Shown here: positions 55,078 to 64,000 of the stretch, piece after piece
Layout of the letters: each line of letters opens with the position of its first letter
Position numbering within the stretch: the first letter of the stretch is position 1
Assembly (NCBI GenBank): GCA_963720565.1
Contig: CAVRFW010000013.1
Coordinates: 32,001-96,000 of the forward strand
Source: Candidatus Bathyarchaeota archaeon
GTDB taxonomy: Archaea; Thermoproteota; Bathyarchaeia; Bathyarchaeales; Bathycorpusculaceae
Direction of reading: 5' to 3'
DNA: 64,000 nt
Notes under the pieces: generated by a model
The model's database searches: none
What the model was told of the DNA's origin: nothing
The model's input: the letters and a program-made list of their open reading frames with translations, nothing else
Made by a program: the position numbers and the translations under genes

Positions 55078-56227
55078 ATGCCGTTGCGAACCAAAGGGCT
55101 AACAAAAAAAGCCGTCGTGGTCGAACTGAAGAAAGCCCTAGAGCAAGACTCGAAATACTCTGATGGAAAAATTTTGTGCTCAATGTGCACCCGACCCCAT
55201 CCCATCGCTAAGATTGCTAATCGCCTGTTTTTGGAGTCAAACCTGGGAGACCCCGGATTATTTCTTGGAAGCCTTAGGCTGGAAAGAGAAGCCATTAAGA
55301 AGTTGGCAACTTTTCTGAATGGAGAAGGCAGTGTCGGCTTCCTTGTTTCAGGAGGAACGGAGGCAAATCTGATGGCGCTGCTGGCAGCAAGAAACATGAA
55401 AAACATTGGCAACCCAGAAGTCGTATTGCCCAGAATCAGCGCATTTTTCCTTCACGAAAATCTGTGGTTTGCTTGGATTGAAACCAGTCTATGCGAGTCT
55501 AGACGACTCGTACAGGGTTGACGATGCGTCGGTGGAGAAGTGTTTGACATCCAAAACCGTGGCGATGGTTGGCACGGCTGGGACAGCTGAGCTGGGTGTG
55601 GTTGACCCGATTGCTAAGCTCTCAGAAATCGCGGTTAAAAACGAAATTTACCTTCATGTAGACGCCGCTCTAGGCGGCCTCATAATTCCGTTTCTAGAAC
55701 CCTCAGACCGTAGCAGTTTAGCCTTCGATTTTCGGTTGGAAGGGGTAAAATCAGTTACTGTTGACCCTCATAAGATGGGAATGACGACACTCCCGGCTGG
55801 CGGGATTCTGTTCCGAAACAACAATTACCTAGACTGCATTAAGACAGAGACGCCTTATTTAACAGAAAAACATCAGCACACGATAGTTGGAACAAGAACC
55901 GGAGCAGCCGCAGCAGCAACATGGGCCGTCTTTGAAACCTTAGGCCGCGAAGGATTCCAAAAGATTACTAGACAATGCATAAAGCTGACCCGGCTACTAG
56001 CAACGAAACTTGATGCGTTTGGCTATGGCCTTGTTGTCCAACCGACGTTGAACATAGTTGCTTTCCGCAGTTCAAATTCAAGTTTGCTTCACAAGAAGTT
56101 ATTGCAGCGTGGCTGGTTTGTCTCCTATGTTCCACGTCTAGACTGCGTGAGAATCGTGATAATGCCTCACACCAAGAAGAATCATATCCATGCTTTCCTG
56201 CGGGATCTGCGCAACGTTGATAGGTAA
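55078..56227 (+). CDS. mfnA: L-tyrosine/L-aspartate decarboxylase (frameshift near 55428)
   Basis: ILCSMCT.PHP, NLGDPGLF, SGGTEAN, HVDAA.GG, VDPHKMG, GTR. Confidence 0.92.
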
Positions 56228-56281
56228 TTAGGAAAAAGCTTTTAGACTCAACCTTTTCTCTTCGACTTTGAGAGAACACCT

Positions 56282-57509
56282 TTGCGGATTCTGGTCTACG
56301 AGTACCTGTCAGGAGGAGGCGCAGCCAAAGAACCGATTCCTCCAGACATGTTAAGCGAAGGCTTCGGAATGCTGAGAACGCTAATCTCAGATTTCAAAGC
56401 AGCAGGAAACAACGTAACAACTTTCCTGGACAAGCGACTTACAGTTTTCAGTCCGCCCTTAAACGCCGACAACGTTATCCCGGCCTCTTCGTGGCAACAA
56501 GCAAAAAACACAATTGAAAATATCTCTGGTGCCTTCGATGCAGCATACATTATTGGACCAGAAACAAACCACATCACTCCAATCCATTGTCGAAACCATT
56601 GAACAAACATCCTTGACCTCGCTAAACTGCCCCGCCAGCGCGATTGAGCAAGCATCAAACAAAATGAACCTCTACAAACGCCTCAAACAAAGAGGAATAA
56701 GCACACCAAAAACGATAATGCTCGACGTTTCAAACAAGAAAGAAGAGAGTTTGCAGCTTACAGAATGCCAACTCGAGTTTCCATTGATGTTTAAACCTCT
56801 GGACGGAGTAAGCTGTAGTGGGTCAAGCATCGTTCATGACAAGACTCAAGTGGCCGCTGCTGTCTCCAAGATACGAAAGGAATCAACAGACAAACATTTT
56901 CTCATTCAAGAGTATTTGAAGGGAACTGCCGCCAGTGTTAGCTTGATTGTTTCAAATCAAGGAGTGCGGCCTATCAGTTTGAACAAGCAAGATTTGACCA
57001 TATCAAAGCCTGGAGGCACCTCTAGTTATGACGGAGGCTTGGTTCCGTTTGATGATCCGCTGAGGCAGGAAGCCTTTGCTGTTGCAGCGAAAGCGGTAGA
57101 ATCCTTCGAAAACCTGAAAGGCTACGTTGGAGTTGATTTAGTCTTAACGGAAAAGGAAGCTGTGGTAATAGAAGTTAATCCTCGCCTAACTACGTCGTAT
57201 GTGGGTTTGAAACAAACTGCAGATTTCAGCGTCGCCCAGGCCATTGCTCACTCTGTTTTGGAAAACCGCCTGCCCGACGATGTTCAACTTCGCGGTTATT
57301 CATGTTTTGGAAAAGTTAAAACACGCAAACCAGCAGCTAGTGTTCTTCAGAAAACCTACAAACTTGAGGATCTCGTGTCTCCTCCTTTTCCCACGAGCAC
57401 CGCCGGCGCATGTGCCCTCCTTCAGCACCATGGATCAACTATTGATGAAAGCGTGGCAGGACTAATTAAAGCGAGGAAGCATCTTCACAGAATATTGAGG
57501 GGAGGCTGA
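56282..57509 (+). CDS. mfnD: Tyramine--L-glutamate ligase, ATP-grasp (frameshift near 56570)
   Basis: ILVYEY..EG.GML..DF, I.PE, KP.DGV, GYVGVD, EVNPRLTTSYVG; operon context. Confidence 0.85.
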
Positions 57510-57512
57510 ACA

Positions 57513-58595
57513 CTGGCGAACTATGTCGGCTTAGATATTGGAGGCGCAAATACAAAAGCCGTATTCATAAGCGTAGACCAGGGTCAGTTACGCGGAACTA
57601 AAGTCAAAATTGAATATTTTCCGATATGGAAAGACCCTGAAAAGCTTGTGTCGACGCTTCGTAAACTTCGAGAGTGGCTAGGCAAAGTCGAAATCACCGG
57701 TTTAGGTGTAACCATGACGGCTGAACTCTCTGATGCTTACCAAACAAAACGAGAGGGTGTTAATCACATATTGGCGTGTGTTGCCAAAGTCTTTCCCGAC
57801 ATTCCCGTTGTCGTCTTGAATGTGGACGTGGCTCTGCGGCCTTTGAGTAATGCGCTGTCGGAACCGTTGAAGGTTGCGTCGGCTAACTGGGCAGCAACTG
57901 GCTGGCTAATTTCTCGGCTGGTCAAGGACTGTGTCGTGGTTGATGTTGGAAGCACGAGCACCAGCATAATTCCCGTTGTCGGAGGGCGTGTATCATGCGA
58001 TGGAAAGACGGATTTAGAGAAACTGGCTAATGGAGAACTCGTGTACACGGGCGTCTTGCGTACGAATGTGGCAGCCATGGTCAATGATGTTCCAGTTGGG
58101 GAAACGTGCTCGAGGGTTTCTTCTGAACTGTTCGCTCTGTCCGGTGATGTGCATCTGATTCTGGGAAACATAAAGCCGGAAGAATACACGGTGGAAACTG
58201 CAGACGGTCGGGGAAAAACTCGTTATGAAGCCTTGGCTCGACTTGCCCGAGTTGTGTGCGCTGACACTGACATGCTCAGCGAACAAGAGCTTTTGCCCAT
58301 GGCACAATACATCTACAACAGTCAACTCGAACAAGTAGCCAATGCCTTAAAGCAAGTTCTTGAAAGAACGGAACTGGCTGCAAAAAAGAGAGTCACGGTT
58401 GTTGTTACGGGAATCGGAAAGGAATCTGTCGCTCGAAGAGCAGCAGAGAAATCTGGCTTCCGCGAGATCGTTGACTTGGAAGATCTGATACACAACGTCG
58501 AAGCAGCTAGGGCTTCGCCCGCCTTCGGCGTTGCTCTTTTAGCCGCAGAAAAGTTGGAAGAGAGGACATTTCAATGGACGCCGTTGTCAAAGTAG
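57513..58595 (+). CDS. mfnF: MfnF, hydantoinase/oxoprolinase-family methanofuran biosynthesis enzyme
   Basis: GLDIGGANTK upstream of the annotated ORF (in frame from CTG 57513), TMTAELSD, ASANW, DVGSTS, ELVYTG.LRT, TADG. Confidence 0.88.
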   Translation: MANYVGLDIGGANTKAVFISVDQGQLRGTKVKIEYFPIWKDPEKLVSTLRKLREWLGKVEITGLGVTMTAELSDAYQTKREGVNHILACVAKVFPDIPVVVLNVDVALRPLSNALSEPLKVASANWAATGWLISRLVKDCVVVDVGSTSTSIIPVVGGRVSCDGKTDLEKLANGELVYTGVLRTNVAAMVNDVPVGETCSRVSSELFALSGDVHLILGNIKPEEYTVETADGRGKTRYEALARLARVVCADTDMLSEQELLPMAQYIYNSQLEQVANALKQVLERTELAAKKRVTVVVTGIGKESVARRAAEKSGFREIVDLEDLIHNVEAARASPAFGVALLAAEKLEERTFQWTPLSK

Positions 58596-59386
58596 GCGGT
58601 AGCTTAGCCCAAAACCCTGCAATACTTCGAGGCTTATGCAGCAGACTGAGTGAATACGCTAGGGATTACAAGATAGTCGTTGTGCCCGGAGGAGGAAGGT
58701 TCGCCGATGTTGTACGAGAATTTGACGAGAGCTTTAGCCTGTCTCAAACAACGTCCCACAAGATGGCTATTCTGGGCATGGACCAGTATGCTATAATGCT
58801 AGCAGAAATCACGCCCGGATCGCGTTTGGTTAGCACCGTCAAAGAGATTGGAGAGTTTTCCAAAATTGGGGCTGCACAGATTCTTCTGCCATCCCGCTTG
58901 ATGTTCGAGGAAAATCCTTTGGAAAATTCATGGGACGTTACGTCAGATTCGATCGCGGCCTACGTTGCAAACCGGTTAGGAGCCGCCAAACTCGTCTTAG
59001 TAACTAATGTTGATGGAGTTTTCACGAAGAATCCCCAAGAACATTCGGATGCCAAACTGATTAAAAAGATAACCGCCAAAGAATTGCTTGCGGGAAGCCA
59101 AAGAACAAGCGTCGATAAGTTTCTTCCAAAACTGCTCTTGAAATACCCTTTTCATTGTTACGTGGTCAATGGCAAGCATCCTGAAAGGGTCAGGTCTGTT
59201 TTGGCGGGAAAACTGACGATCTGCACGGAAATACTGCTTCTTCTTCGAAGTAACCTTTCCCTTCCGAAAAAAATATTCCACAGCATATTTCTATCTCACC
59301 ACACATTCAATTTAGTTGTTGAGATGCAAAACCGTGAAGATAATCGAGAAGAACTTGCAGCAGGGCTTTGTGAAGGTGGTTCCTGA
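58574..59386 (+). CDS. mfnE: [5-(aminomethyl)furan-3-yl]methyl phosphate kinase (amino-acid kinase family)
   Basis: VVKVGGSL, VPGGGRFAD, H.MAI..MDQY, SWDVTSDSIA, VDG; the true stop is probably near 59252 if a frameshift is present. Confidence 0.88.
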   Translation: MDAVVKVGGSLAQNPAILRGLCSRLSEYARDYKIVVVPGGGRFADVVREFDESFSLSQTTSHKMAILGMDQYAIMLAEITPGSRLVSTVKEIGEFSKIGAAQILLPSRLMFEENPLENSWDVTSDSIAAYVANRLGAAKLVLVTNVDGVFTKNPQEHSDAKLIKKITAKELLAGSQRTSVDKFLPKLLLKYPFHCYVVNGKHPERVRSVLAGKLTICTEILLLLRSNLSLPKKIFHSIFLSHHTFNLVVEMQNREDNREELAAGLCEGGS

Positions 59387-60422
59387 TTCGGCAGATGATC
59401 TCTGGCACCTTTACAACGTCATCTACAAGGATGATGAAGTTTACGCTTTCTCTTCAAGAGCCATCAAGTCTGACGTAGAGTATTCAAGACCTAAGAGCGC
59501 CGAACGAGTTTCTGCGTTTATGGGAGTCACAGTCGAATCGGTTAGCTGGGACAAGTTTCTGGGAAGGCTTCGCGTTCACGGTCTCATCTGTCATGCTCCC
59601 GACATTATTCCAACAGGTGCTCATCACACGCTTAGCATAGCGTTGAATCAGCCCTTGACAATAGTGAAGAAATCATGGGCTAAGCACCTGCTGGACCGGA
59701 TTACGAGAGCCAGCCAAACCGAGAAGACAATGCTGATTCTTGCCATTGACGACGAAAGCTACGCCATAGCCGAAACCAAGCAGTACGGCGTGGAAGTTAA
59801 AGTGGAAGAACGCATGAAATTGCCAGGAAAACTGGAAGCTGAAAAAAGGTCTTTGGCCACGCGGGATTACTTTCGCCGAGTACTTAGCAGCCTAAACCAA
59901 CTCTGGACACCTGCTCACAATCCAATAATGATCGTGGGCGTGGGATTCATAAAAACCGACTTCACAAAGTTTTTGGCTGAAGAAGCACCTGAAGTATCCA
60001 AGTCTGTCGTTGACATAAAAAGCGTCAACAACGGTGGCGTAGCTGGAATTCACGAAGCACTGCGCTCAGGCGTGCTTTTGACGGCCGCCCACAAGCTGCG
60101 CATATTTGACGAAACCGAAATCATGGAGGAAATCTTGAAAAGACTCGGGAAAGGCGAAGGCACTGTGACTTACGGGCTTGGCCAGGTCGAAAGCGCAGTT
60201 AAGCTGGGAGCAGTTGAGAAAATTGTGTTAGCCGACACACTTTTGCGGGATGCAACTGAAGAGCAGCGGTTACATCTTGAAGAGACTATGCGCGAAGTAG
60301 AATATCGAAGAGGAAGCGTCACGGTCGTCAGCACAGAACACGAGGCAGGCTCCAAACTCCTCGCGCTGGGAGGAATTGCAGCACTCCTCAGATTTCCGAT
60401 TTTCATCAACAGCTCAAAATAG
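59334..60422 (+). CDS. pelA: mRNA surveillance protein pelota
   Basis: DDLWHLYNVI, RLRVHG, HHTL, YG..V..A..GAVE, EHEAG..L.ALGGIAALLRF. Confidence 0.95.
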   Translation: MKIIEKNLQQGFVKVVPDSADDLWHLYNVIYKDDEVYAFSSRAIKSDVEYSRPKSAERVSAFMGVTVESVSWDKFLGRLRVHGLICHAPDIIPTGAHHTLSIALNQPLTIVKKSWAKHLLDRITRASQTEKTMLILAIDDESYAIAETKQYGVEVKVEERMKLPGKLEAEKRSLATRDYFRRVLSSLNQLWTPAHNPIMIVGVGFIKTDFTKFLAEEAPEVSKSVVDIKSVNNGGVAGIHEALRSGVLLTAAHKLRIFDETEIMEEILKRLGKGEGTVTYGLGQVESAVKLGAVEKIVLADTLLRDATEEQRLHLEETMREVEYRRGSVTVVSTEHEAGSKLLALGGIAALLRFPIFINSSK

Positions 60423-60585
60423 GGTAATTCGAGTTTCGATAGGAGTGCAGTTTCCTGCCCGAAGAGCACATTGCAGTTTGCTAGATTCCTTGTTTTCTAT
60501 CTTCTAGAAGTGCAAGATTCAACCTGTGTTTCCTTTATAAATAGATGATGTTATATACTCGTGCTCTTTTAAATAGACAAGAAAC

Positions 60586-61158
60586 GTGAGTCGAATGAGC
60601 AAACGAAAGCCAATAATTCACATTCAAAACATTGTAGCTTCAGTTTCCTTGAATCAAAAGATTGATTTACAGAAGATCGTTGAAAAGTTTCCGCAAACCG
60701 AATACAATCCCAGCGTGTTTCCAGGCTTGGTCTTTCGCTTGAAAAAGCCCAAGACTGCCACTTTGATTTTCGGAACAGGCAAGATGGTTTGTACAGGTGC
60801 AAAGTCGGAGAAAGAATCGCGGAGCGCGGTGGAAAAAGTTGTGAAGGAACTCAGAAGCGAGGGGATTCAGATAACAGAAAAGCCTGTTGTGATGATTCAG
60901 AACATTGTTGCTTCTGCGGAGTTGGGCGGAGAAATAGACTTGGAAAGCCTCGTTTACAAGCTTAGTAGGGTCATGTACGAGCCAGAACAGTTCCCAGGCG
61001 CTGTCTTCAGAATGGACGAGCCAAAGGTCGTGTTCCTCATCTTCTCAGCCGGAAAGCTTGTCTGCGTTGGCGCCAAGAAAGAAGAGCAAGTCTACGAAGC
61101 TGTTGACAAAATACAAAAACTGCTCGAAGAGAAAGAACTAATCTTCTATCCCGCATAA
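60586..61158 (+). CDS. tbp: TATA-box binding protein
   Basis: Two repeats IQNIVAS..YxP..FPG..F..GK.VC.GAK. Confidence 0.97.
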   Translation: MSRMSKRKPIIHIQNIVASVSLNQKIDLQKIVEKFPQTEYNPSVFPGLVFRLKKPKTATLIFGTGKMVCTGAKSEKESRSAVEKVVKELRSEGIQITEKPVVMIQNIVASAELGGEIDLESLVYKLSRVMYEPEQFPGAVFRMDEPKVVFLIFSAGKLVCVGAKKEEQVYEAVDKIQKLLEEKELIFYPA

Positions 61159-61875
61159 GCCATCTTTTTCATTTTTCTACGCAACGCCGGATTCTCATCA
61201 GACAATTTCTTAAGCGCCATCTCAAAAGTTTCTTCGCTGCTTACTTCTTTTTTGATGAACACGCCTGTTCTGCCAACATTGTCTCGCTTCGTAAGAGCCC
61301 GAACGCGGTCTCGAACCGTCTCTGTTGATATTCCCAGAATTCTCGCGGTCTGCTCTTCACAGCCCATGATGCTGCTTTCAACATGTCCCCTCTCTGTTGG
61401 TTCAATCAGCATCAAACGCTTGTTGACTCCTGCCACACGCTTGTCTGCCTCTAGTTGGCTTAGGGTTGCTTCGCCTCCGAACTTGTAGAATTCGGTTTCT
61501 ACCTTGCGCATGCGGGTCAGAGAAATAGAAACGCTGGTTTTGGGGTCTATTTCGATGTAAGCTTTCACCGCATAAGTTGGGGTCGCCTGAACCAGCAAGC
61601 GATTATTAACAGTAATTTGGGCTTTTTCCAGCGCTGTTTCTACGAGGAACGATGATGCCTGTTCGCGTCAAGTGAATATCCACGTCGCTGTTCTTGGTTA
61701 CGTCTCCGCGGGCAAGGCTCCCATGAACAAGCGTTCGCAGGCAACTGCTTTCCAGTGCCTTCATTATGTGTTTGGCTTTTTCCCGATGTTCTCGAAGGAG
61801 AGCCCAACGGGCATCGCTGTAGACTATTTCTCTGAAGTCTGCACGTCTCACTGGTTTAGCCGCCATCAACATCAA
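61146..61875 (-). CDS. Archaeal nucleotidyltransferase domain protein (frameshifted near 61660)
   Basis: VHGSLARGDV..SDVDI joined to VQATP...EFYKFGG...RVAGVNKRL...GRTGVF. Confidence 0.8.
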
Positions 61876-62030
61876 TCCATCATAAGTTGTTAATGTTCAA
61901 TGCTTATTTAGTTAACACTACCCGAGAGAATCCACTGTTATGGTCCAAGTTCGCACTTTTTCTCCATTTGAGTTTGATTGCATAGCAATTCATATGGGAG
62001 GAAGTTTTATTCTGAAGTGGTAGCTGAAAA

Positions 62031-63122
62031 ATGAATAAGACCAAGTTAGTCGCAGTAGTAGCCGTTGTTGTATGTATCAGTTTGGCTGCGAGCCTCGTCT
62101 ATGCAAACAATCAGTACACTTTAGTGCTTGAGGGAAAAGACAGGGACATAGATGACCTGCACAAACTCGAAGCTGTCTTGATAGCGGAAAGGGATGAAGC
62201 GAGGAAACAGCGTGATGAGCTTTCATTCGATGTTCAGCGTTACATGAACTTGACTCAGGAATTGCAGGGAATAATTGACGAGCTGAACAAGACAAATGCG
62301 GACCTGAGAGACATCTTAGTCGGGGGCGATAGTGACCTCGAAACCATTATCTTTCACGTTTGCGAGAAAGGCGAAACCAGCGATTTTGGTCGCCTTCCAA
62401 ACGCAACCTACGTCCTCAATCAAATCAAGAACCTCACTGATTCATATGAGGTTCTGTTCCTTCCCGAATATGTGGGCAATCTTAACTGGACCGAAACTTA
62501 CGCTTGGCTCTTAGAGAACTTTGGCAACGAAGAAATTGTGTTGTCCACGTTTGAAGGTGGAGAAGATGAGATTCCAAACGTGATGCTTGAAATCACCCAG
62601 CTTAGCCAAGCAGTCCAAACACTCAACGTTAAGATGCTTAGGATTGCTGAAATCCAGAGTTTTTACATGAACATTAGTCAACCTTTGCCTTTAGAATGGA
62701 TTAGAGAAGTTCTGTATTTCGCCAGAGCAAACAATCTTAGAGTTGTCTGGAGCGAATGGAAACTTGGCGACGACGTTTACCCAAACATCACCAGAGCCAT
62801 CGAAGGCTTTGAGGATATTGTGACTTTCACATTCCAGACAAATGATGAATACCATGAACCTTTCGAGGGATACTTGGACGCGAGCAACACGTTTGTACAC
62901 TGGGGTGCCTCGGTGCAACCTTGGTACTATGTTGACCATGACCTTGGAGACTTGATGGATATGCCGCCTATGTTGATGGTTGAGCATTTGGTTCAGGCTC
63001 TTAACAGGGGCGCGGAGATTGTCCAGTTTGAGCCGTACTGGTACTTCTTTGACAATTACGGGGAACCCTATGAAGCTTTTAACTTGCTAAAAGAAGTTTT
63101 TAGCAACCACCGCTATTACTAA
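62031..63122 (+). CDS. Membrane-anchored hypothetical protein with coiled-coil stalk
   Basis: N-terminal hydrophobic helix, heptad region, acidic globular domain. Confidence 0.7.
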   Translation: MNKTKLVAVVAVVVCISLAASLVYANNQYTLVLEGKDRDIDDLHKLEAVLIAERDEARKQRDELSFDVQRYMNLTQELQGIIDELNKTNADLRDILVGGDSDLETIIFHVCEKGETSDFGRLPNATYVLNQIKNLTDSYEVLFLPEYVGNLNWTETYAWLLENFGNEEIVLSTFEGGEDEIPNVMLEITQLSQAVQTLNVKMLRIAEIQSFYMNISQPLPLEWIREVLYFARANNLRVVWSEWKLGDDVYPNITRAIEGFEDIVTFTFQTNDEYHEPFEGYLDASNTFVHWGASVQPWYYVDHDLGDLMDMPPMLMVEHLVQALNRGAEIVQFEPYWYFFDNYGEPYEAFNLLKEVFSNHRYY

Positions 63123-63163
63123 CTGAGCGTGCTCACAAGACGGTAGCGCCAAAAGTGATTAAA

Positions 63164-64000
63164 TTGAAGACTGACGCTGATTCCTGCAGGGCTTGCAAAC
63201 GAAGAGCAGCATTCTTTTTTAGGCCATACTCTGGAGAAAAGCTCTGTAAGAAATGTTTTGCCGAGTCAATCGAAGCGAAGGTCAGAGCAACAATCGCCAA
63301 ACATCACATGTTCAACTACAGCGACAAGATAGCCGTGGCCGTCTCCGGGGGTAAGGACAGCCTAAGCCTCCTGCACATTCTAGCGAAGATGGAGCGGCGT
63401 CATCCCAAGTCTTCTCTTGTGGCTATCACAGTGGATGAGGGAATAAGCGGCTACAGAGATGAAGCCCTAAAGCTCACAGTGGAAAGCTGTGAGAAGCTGG
63501 GGATAGCGCAGCACACTGTCTCTTTCAAGGAAATCTACGGTTTAACACTGGACGAGGTAGTGGCTCGATCGAGAAAGAAGAGCGATCACGAGTTAACTTC
63601 CTGCTCGTATTGCGGAGTTCTGCGGAGAAGAGCCCTCAACGTGGCAGCCCGTGAGGTTGGAGCAGACAAGATTGCTACAGCGCACACTCTGGATGATGAG
63701 GTCCAGACTGTTCTCATGAACATTTTCCGAGGCGACATCTCGCGTTTGGTGAAGGAAAAACCGGTGACGGATAATGTTCATCAGCGTTTAGTGCAGAAAG
63801 TTAAGCCGTTCTGCGAAATTCCAGAGAAAGAAAGTGCCTTGTACGCATACATCAAGAAAATCAGGTTCCAGGATACGCCGTGCCCTTACGCTTCTGAAGC
63901 GTTGAGGAACGATATCCGCTTCGTGCTTAATCATATGGAAGCGAAGCACGCGGGAACAAAATTCACGGTTTCAAAGGCTATGGAACGCATGCGCCCCGTC
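63164..64000 (+). CDS. tRNA 2-thiolation protein, TtuA/Ncs6 PP-loop family (runs off window)
   Basis: CRAC...LCKKC, AVSGGKDS, VDEGI.GYR, CSYCGVLRR, AHTLDD, CPYA; absent from the ORF track because it has no stop in the window. Confidence 0.92.
   Translation, partial: MKTDADSCRACKRRAAFFFRPYSGEKLCKKCFAESIEAKVRATIAKHHMFNYSDKIAVAVSGGKDSLSLLHILAKMERRHPKSSLVAITVDEGISGYRDEALKLTVESCEKLGIAQHTVSFKEIYGLTLDEVVARSRKKSDHELTSCSYCGVLRRRALNVAAREVGADKIATAHTLDDEVQTVLMNIFRGDISRLVKEKPVTDNVHQRLVQKVKPFCEIPEKESALYAYIKKIRFQDTPCPYASEALRNDIRFVLNHMEAKHAGTKFTVSKAMERMRPV

Overview
Archaeal genomic window, most consistent with Bathyarchaeia (inference from TBP, pelota, methanofuran genes and an expanded family of secreted PQQ-like beta-propeller proteins). 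The first ~46.7 kb is accessory-type DNA: five paralogous ~850-aa surface beta-propeller genes, a TrmB regulator, transporters, GT2, GH1, a B12 radical SAM gene, dnaJ and many small hypotheticals. The last ~17 kb is core metabolism: moaA, a citG-like gene, three paralogous nucleotidyltransferases, a hisA/F-like gene, mfnB-A-D-F-E, pelota, TBP and a tRNA thiolase. Many genes carry single-base frameshifts that look like assembly indels. The best candidate for a new system is a two-copy ~110-nt non-coding element downstream of two beta-propeller paralogs (1285-1400, 25765-25874). Its conserved arms can fold into a bulge-helix-bulge (archaeal splicing endonuclease substrate). Its variable interior is antisense to the ribosome-binding/start-codon region of beta-propeller paralogs, suggesting scaffold-plus-guide RNAs that cross-regulate a surface-protein family. 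No tRNA, rRNA, CRISPR array, integrase or transposase was recognised. All alignments and folds were done by eye.
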